Positions 59,387 to 64,000 of a stretch of 64,000 nt of DNA are shown here, one piece after another. Source of the stretch: Prevotella sp. (GTDB taxonomy: Bacteria; Bacteroidota; Bacteroidia; Bacteroidales; Bacteroidaceae); contig JAFTGB010000043.1 of assembly GCA_017458125.1 (NCBI GenBank), positions 1,275 to 65,274 on the forward strand, read 5' to 3'. Below the pieces are notes generated by a model. The model was not told the origin of the DNA. It worked only from the letters and a program-made list of their open reading frames with translations, and did no database searches. The translations under genes and the position numbers were made by a program. Numbering within the stretch: the stretch's first letter is position 1; each line of letters starts with the position of its first letter.

Positions 59387-61849
59387 ATGAAGAAAAGAAC
59401 ATTTACCATAGTAGCCGGCTGTCTGATGGCAGCTGTAGGCACTCATGCCCAGGTAGTGATAGATGTAGACGCCCAACAGCGGGGACCTAAGATTAGCCCC
59501 ACGCACTATGGCATCTTCTTTGAGGACATCAACCATGCTGCCGACGGCGGCATCTATGCCGAACTCATCCGCAACCGTTCGTTTGAAGATGGCGAAGGCT
59601 ATGGCAAGCCTGCCACCATGGAGGCCTGGTCTACCTGTTCCTCTACCCCGGCACAGCTGGTAGCCAAGCTGATACAGCCCTCGAAGAAGGTGAAGCTGCT
59701 GAACAGCGCACAGGGCAATGCCCTGGAGCTGACCGTCAACGCCACTGCCGACAGTCCTGCCATGCTGATGAATGAGGGCTTCTGGGGCATCAATGCCGTA
59801 CAGGGGCGCAGCTATCGCCTGTCGTTCTTTGCGCGGGGCAGCTACAAAGGCACCGTCCGCGCACTGCTATGCAGTAAGGACGGCAAGACGCACTATGCAG
59901 AAACAGTGGTCAGTGGTTTCCCTGCTGGCAAGCAATCCACTAAGCAATGGACCAAATACACCGCTACCCTGCAGGCTACAGCTAACAACCCGCAGGCCTG
60001 CTTTGCGCTGGTCTTCGACGGCAAGGGTGTGATAGACATTGATATGGTATCGCTCTTCCCGCCCACCTTCAAGAACAGGGAGAACGGCCTGCGCCCCGAC
60101 CTGGCACAGATGCTCTACGAGATGCATCCCAAGTTCATGCGCTTCCCCGGCGGCTGCTACGTGGAGGGACAGATTTCGCCTGACAATGCCTTCCGCTGGG
60201 AGCGCACGATAGGTCCCATTGAGGAACGTCCTGGCCACTGGAACGTCAACTGGGGCTATCGAACCACCGACGGACTGGGCTTCCATGAATATCTGCAGAT
60301 GGCAGAAGACCTGGGTGCCAAGCCACTTTATGTGGTCAACGTGGGACTGTGGCATGGCGGTCTGACCCCGCTGGACAGCATCCAGCCCTGGATAGACGAG
60401 ACGCTGGCAGCCCTGGAGTATGCCAATGGCGACGTGACGACAAAGTATGGTGCGCTGCGTGCCAAGAACGGTCATCCCGCACCTTTTAACATAGAGTATC
60501 TGGAGATAGGCAACGAGAACAACCAACCCAACCGGGAGCAGCAGAGCGACCACTACTACGAGCGTTACGACCTGTTCCGCAAGGCCATACTGGCCAAGTA
60601 TCCAAGGATGCAGCTAATAGGCAATGTGGCAGCATGGGGCACTGATACGCCCACCTGGGACAGCCAGTTGCCCGTCGACCTGCTGGACGAGCACTACTAT
60701 CGTAACCCCGCATGGTTTGCCGAGGCCTTCCACAAGTATGACAACTACAACCGCAAGGGCCCGAAGATTTATGTTGGTGAATATGCTGTCACCAGCGGCT
60801 TCGGCAATCTGGGCAACATGAATGCCGCACTGGGCGAGGCTGTCTACATGATGGGTATGGAGAACAATTCCGACATAGTGCCCCTGAACTCCTATGCCCC
60901 CATCTTTGTCAATGAGAACGATGCCAAATGGCGTCCTGACATGATACGCTTCAGTTCGAGCCGCGTTATGGGCACGCCCTCTTACTATGTGCAGGCCCTG
61001 ATGCCACAGCACATCGGCACGCAGGTGGTGAAGGTCAGCCAGCAGAATCCCTATAAGGTACAGGCCAGAACGTCTGTCACTCCCCCAAAGAGCCGCATAG
61101 GTTTTGCCACCTGGGGCACACAGGCATCGTTTACCCATCCGGAGCCGTTGCCGAAGACCGGTATGCCTGAGCTGGTGACCGGAAAGTGGCAGAAGAACAG
61201 CGACGGCAGTATCAGCCAGACCAGTACCGCCGAACAGTGTGTGGCGATATGCCGTGCACAGGTGGGCGACCACTATACTGCTAAGTTCCGTGCCCGCAAG
61301 GACGGTGGTGACGAAGGGTTCATCGTGGTCTTCAACTATACCGATGCCGGCAACTACTGTTGGGTGAACTTAGGTGGCTGGGGCAATACACAACACGGTA
61401 TTGAGCGCATCAGCGGTGGCGGCAAGAGCCAGATAGAAACCAAGCCGGGAAAGATAGAGACGGGTCGATGGTATGACATTACCTTCCAGATGGCCGGTGA
61501 CAGTTTGAGATGCTGGCTGGACAAGGAACTGGTGTTCGACACTGTGATGAAGGGCGATGTGCTGCCAGGCATTTTCTCCAGTGCGACCATCGACGAGCAC
61601 AAGGGCGAGCTGATAGTCAAGGTGGTCAACACCCAGGCCGAAGCTAGTACGGCACAGCTGAACATCAGCCATTTCACAGTCAAGCAGGCTCACCTCATCC
61701 GTCTCAGTGCCAACGACGGCATGGACGAGAACACTCTGCAACAGCCTACCAACATCTACCCCACCCATCACGAGCTGTCGCCAATAGGCAATAAGGTAGA
61801 AGTTGAGCTGCCTGCCTATTCACTAAGTATTATACGTATTAAAGAATAA
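59387..61849 (+). CDS. Alpha-L-arabinofuranosidase (GH51) with an inserted beta-sandwich domain
   Basis: YGIFFEDINHAADGG, RFPGGC, IGNEN, DEHYY, VGEYA, SYAPIF. Confidence 0.93.
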   Translation: MKKRTFTIVAGCLMAAVGTHAQVVIDVDAQQRGPKISPTHYGIFFEDINHAADGGIYAELIRNRSFEDGEGYGKPATMEAWSTCSSTPAQLVAKLIQPSKKVKLLNSAQGNALELTVNATADSPAMLMNEGFWGINAVQGRSYRLSFFARGSYKGTVRALLCSKDGKTHYAETVVSGFPAGKQSTKQWTKYTATLQATANNPQACFALVFDGKGVIDIDMVSLFPPTFKNRENGLRPDLAQMLYEMHPKFMRFPGGCYVEGQISPDNAFRWERTIGPIEERPGHWNVNWGYRTTDGLGFHEYLQMAEDLGAKPLYVVNVGLWHGGLTPLDSIQPWIDETLAALEYANGDVTTKYGALRAKNGHPAPFNIEYLEIGNENNQPNREQQSDHYYERYDLFRKAILAKYPRMQLIGNVAAWGTDTPTWDSQLPVDLLDEHYYRNPAWFAEAFHKYDNYNRKGPKIYVGEYAVTSGFGNLGNMNAALGEAVYMMGMENNSDIVPLNSYAPIFVNENDAKWRPDMIRFSSSRVMGTPSYYVQALMPQHIGTQVVKVSQQNPYKVQARTSVTPPKSRIGFATWGTQASFTHPEPLPKTGMPELVTGKWQKNSDGSISQTSTAEQCVAICRAQVGDHYTAKFRARKDGGDEGFIVVFNYTDAGNYCWVNLGGWGNTQHGIERISGGGKSQIETKPGKIETGRWYDITFQMAGDSLRCWLDKELVFDTVMKGDVLPGIFSSATIDEHKGELIVKVVNTQAEASTAQLNISHFTVKQAHLIRLSANDGMDENTLQQPTNIYPTHHELSPIGNKVEVELPAYSLSIIRIKE

Positions 61850-61861
61850 CAGAGAAAGTTT

Positions 61862-63988
61862 ATGCGAAGACTTCCCATTACTTTATTACTATTATCATTC
61901 CTTACTTTGAGCCATGCACAGACCTCATGGACTGCAGACAATGGCAACGGTACATTTACCAACCCGCTGTTCTACGACGAGTTCTCCGACCCCGACATCC
62001 TGCGTGTCGGCGACGACTATTATCTGGCCGGAACCACTATGCACACCGTGCCGGGACTGGTCATCCTGCACTCGCGCGATTTGGTGAACTGGGAGAACAT
62101 CTCGTACTGCTTCGACCGCTTCGACTTCAAGGACGATGCCTTTGCGCTGAAGAACCACAAGGAGATTTACGGGCAGGGCATCTGGGCACCGTGCATCCGC
62201 TATGCCAACGGCCAGTTCTATGTCTTCTCCAATATCAACGGTAAGGGTTTGCAGTGCTATACTGCCAAGGACATTCGCGGCCCCTGGAAGCACCATAACA
62301 TGCAGGGGCGCATCTACGACCTATCGGTGCTGTTCGACGATGACGGGAAGATATATGCCATCCACGGCTACGGCGAGGTGAAGTGTACCGAGCTGAAGCC
62401 CGACATGAGCGGTCCTATTGAAGAGACGGAGCGCACCATCATCCCCGAGGGCAACGCTGTGGGAGAGGGACACCACATGTATAAAATCAACGGCATGTAC
62501 TACCTCATCTCCACCGACTACTATCCCAATGGACGTACGCTTTGCTCTCGCTCAAAGAGCATCTGGGGACCCTACGAAACCATCACCATCACTGCCGACG
62601 AGACTTTCGGCTACCATCAGGCACCACTGACACAAGTGCCTAAGGGCGAACAGTACCGCATAGGCCAGGACGGCACGAAGTTCGGCATACCCGCCGTCGA
62701 TAAGGATGCCACCGCCTGTACCAATATCCATCAGGGCGGCATCGTCGAGGACCAGAGCGGACAGTGGTGGGCAGTGCTCATGATGGACTTCCACTCTATA
62801 GGACGTACCACCACACTGGCTCCCATCACCTGGAAGGACGGTTGGCCCATGTTGGGGCTGGAAGGTAACCTCGGCCGTGCTCCACGTACATGGCTGAAGC
62901 CTAACATCCCTGGTGCTGTGACTGATGCTAGCCAGAAGAAGGCTCCTTATGTACGCAGCGACGACTTCAATGGTAAGCATCTGGGCCGTATCTGGCAGTG
63001 GAACCATAATCCCGATGACAAGATGTGGAGCCTGAAGAACGGCCGTCTGCGGCTGCAGGCACAGCCTGCCGAACAGCTGATGTGGGCCCGTAACACGCTG
63101 ACCCAGCGCGTCATCGGTCCGAAGAGCATTGCCACTGTCGAACTGTATGTGGGCGGCATGAAGGAAGGCGACGTGGCCGGACTCGGCAACATCAACGTGC
63201 CCTGCTCTTGGATTGGCATCGAGCAAGGCCACTATGGCTTGCTACTGCGCTGCTACGAACAGGCCACCAACGATACCGTGACCTTAGGTGTTTTGGCTTG
63301 CGATGGCACTATAAAGAGGGTGTGGCTGCGCATGGTGGGCGACTTCGACAACGACCGTGCCCACTACGAATACTCGCTGAACGGTGAGCAATACCGTCCG
63401 TTAGGGCGTGAGATGCCCCTGTCGTATCAGCTTATCACCTTTCAGGGGTCGCGGCACGCCCTCTTCGCCTTCAACCGCAAGGGCAAGCAAGGCGGCTATG
63501 CCGAGTTCGACAACTTCACCGTTGAGGAGCCGCAGGCCGACCGCAGTCAGAACATCCCCTACGGCAAGTCGTTCCGCATCATCAATCTGGCCACGGGGCG
63601 TCCTGCCATAGCCTTGAAGCACGGACTGCTGCACGACGTAGCCATGCCCACGCACCCCGACCTCACACCGCAGGAGAAGGACAACGAGCGGCTGACGCAC
63701 TTCCGCATCATCGACAAAGGACAGGGCAAGGTCGTCCTCCAGTGTGAGGACGGGCGTTATGTCTGTGTGGCTGGCTGCGGCATGGCTGGCGACGTGCGTC
63801 TGACTACGGACGAGTCGAAGGCCGAGGTCTTCCTCTGGCAGGACTACCTGAACCACGAGTTCATGCTCATGTCCATGCGCACGCACAAGTATATAGGCAA
63901 GAGCCCCACCACGGGCAGCCCTTACTCCATGGACTTCCCCGGTGCCGACCCTGCCCGCCGCAACGGCGCCGTGCTGCGCTGGGAATAA
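61862..63988 (+). CDS. GH43 beta-xylosidase/arabinofuranosidase with C-terminal accessory domains
   Basis: NPLFYDEFSDPDI, IWAP, YDLS, EGHH, HQGG, WQWNHNP. Confidence 0.9.
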   Translation: MRRLPITLLLLSFLTLSHAQTSWTADNGNGTFTNPLFYDEFSDPDILRVGDDYYLAGTTMHTVPGLVILHSRDLVNWENISYCFDRFDFKDDAFALKNHKEIYGQGIWAPCIRYANGQFYVFSNINGKGLQCYTAKDIRGPWKHHNMQGRIYDLSVLFDDDGKIYAIHGYGEVKCTELKPDMSGPIEETERTIIPEGNAVGEGHHMYKINGMYYLISTDYYPNGRTLCSRSKSIWGPYETITITADETFGYHQAPLTQVPKGEQYRIGQDGTKFGIPAVDKDATACTNIHQGGIVEDQSGQWWAVLMMDFHSIGRTTTLAPITWKDGWPMLGLEGNLGRAPRTWLKPNIPGAVTDASQKKAPYVRSDDFNGKHLGRIWQWNHNPDDKMWSLKNGRLRLQAQPAEQLMWARNTLTQRVIGPKSIATVELYVGGMKEGDVAGLGNINVPCSWIGIEQGHYGLLLRCYEQATNDTVTLGVLACDGTIKRVWLRMVGDFDNDRAHYEYSLNGEQYRPLGREMPLSYQLITFQGSRHALFAFNRKGKQGGYAEFDNFTVEEPQADRSQNIPYGKSFRIINLATGRPAIALKHGLLHDVAMPTHPDLTPQEKDNERLTHFRIIDKGQGKVVLQCEDGRYVCVAGCGMAGDVRLTTDESKAEVFLWQDYLNHEFMLMSMRTHKYIGKSPTTGSPYSMDFPGADPARRNGAVLRWE

Positions 63989-64000
63989 ACGGCTCAGAAA

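Overview
A 64 kb chromosomal window from a Bacteroidales organism, very likely a rumen or gut Prevotella-type genome (TAnnTTTG promoters, SusC/SusD pairs, short T9SS C-terminal domains). From left to right: (1) a PL10-CE8 pectinase; (2) an accessory hydrolase island with a frameshifted membrane-anchored AraC regulator, a YtcJ-like amidohydrolase, an HSL-family esterase, a DUF3089 hydrolase, a CPA2 antiporter, a MATE pump and a collapsed second copy of the AraC/DUF3089/amidohydrolase module; (3) rsmI and a coiled-coil lipoprotein; (4) a ~21 kb CAZyme-free locus that looks built for protein or peptide use (SusC/SusD, Zn-metallopeptidase lipoprotein, DUF4302, a T9SS protein, two M6 proteases, a second SusC/SusD), interrupted at a T9SS-CTD 3' end by a PIN toxin-antitoxin cassette flanked by 217-bp direct repeats, a DUF6722-like mini-operon and a highly structured non-coding element; (5) a secreted CE8-PL1 pectinase; (6) housekeeping genes (tadA, birA, pyrH, pssA, psd, dnaE, trxA); (7) an arabinan PUL (2x GH51, SusC/SusD, SGBP, 3x GH43). 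I saw no tRNA, rRNA, CRISPR array, transposase or integrase. The most interesting signals are the cassette and module swapping anchored at T9SS CTD-coding DNA, the protease-centred SusCD locus, and the duplicated AraC-amidohydrolase-DUF3089 system with a visible operator and a homopolymer frameshift. All family calls come from recalled motifs; no database searches were run.
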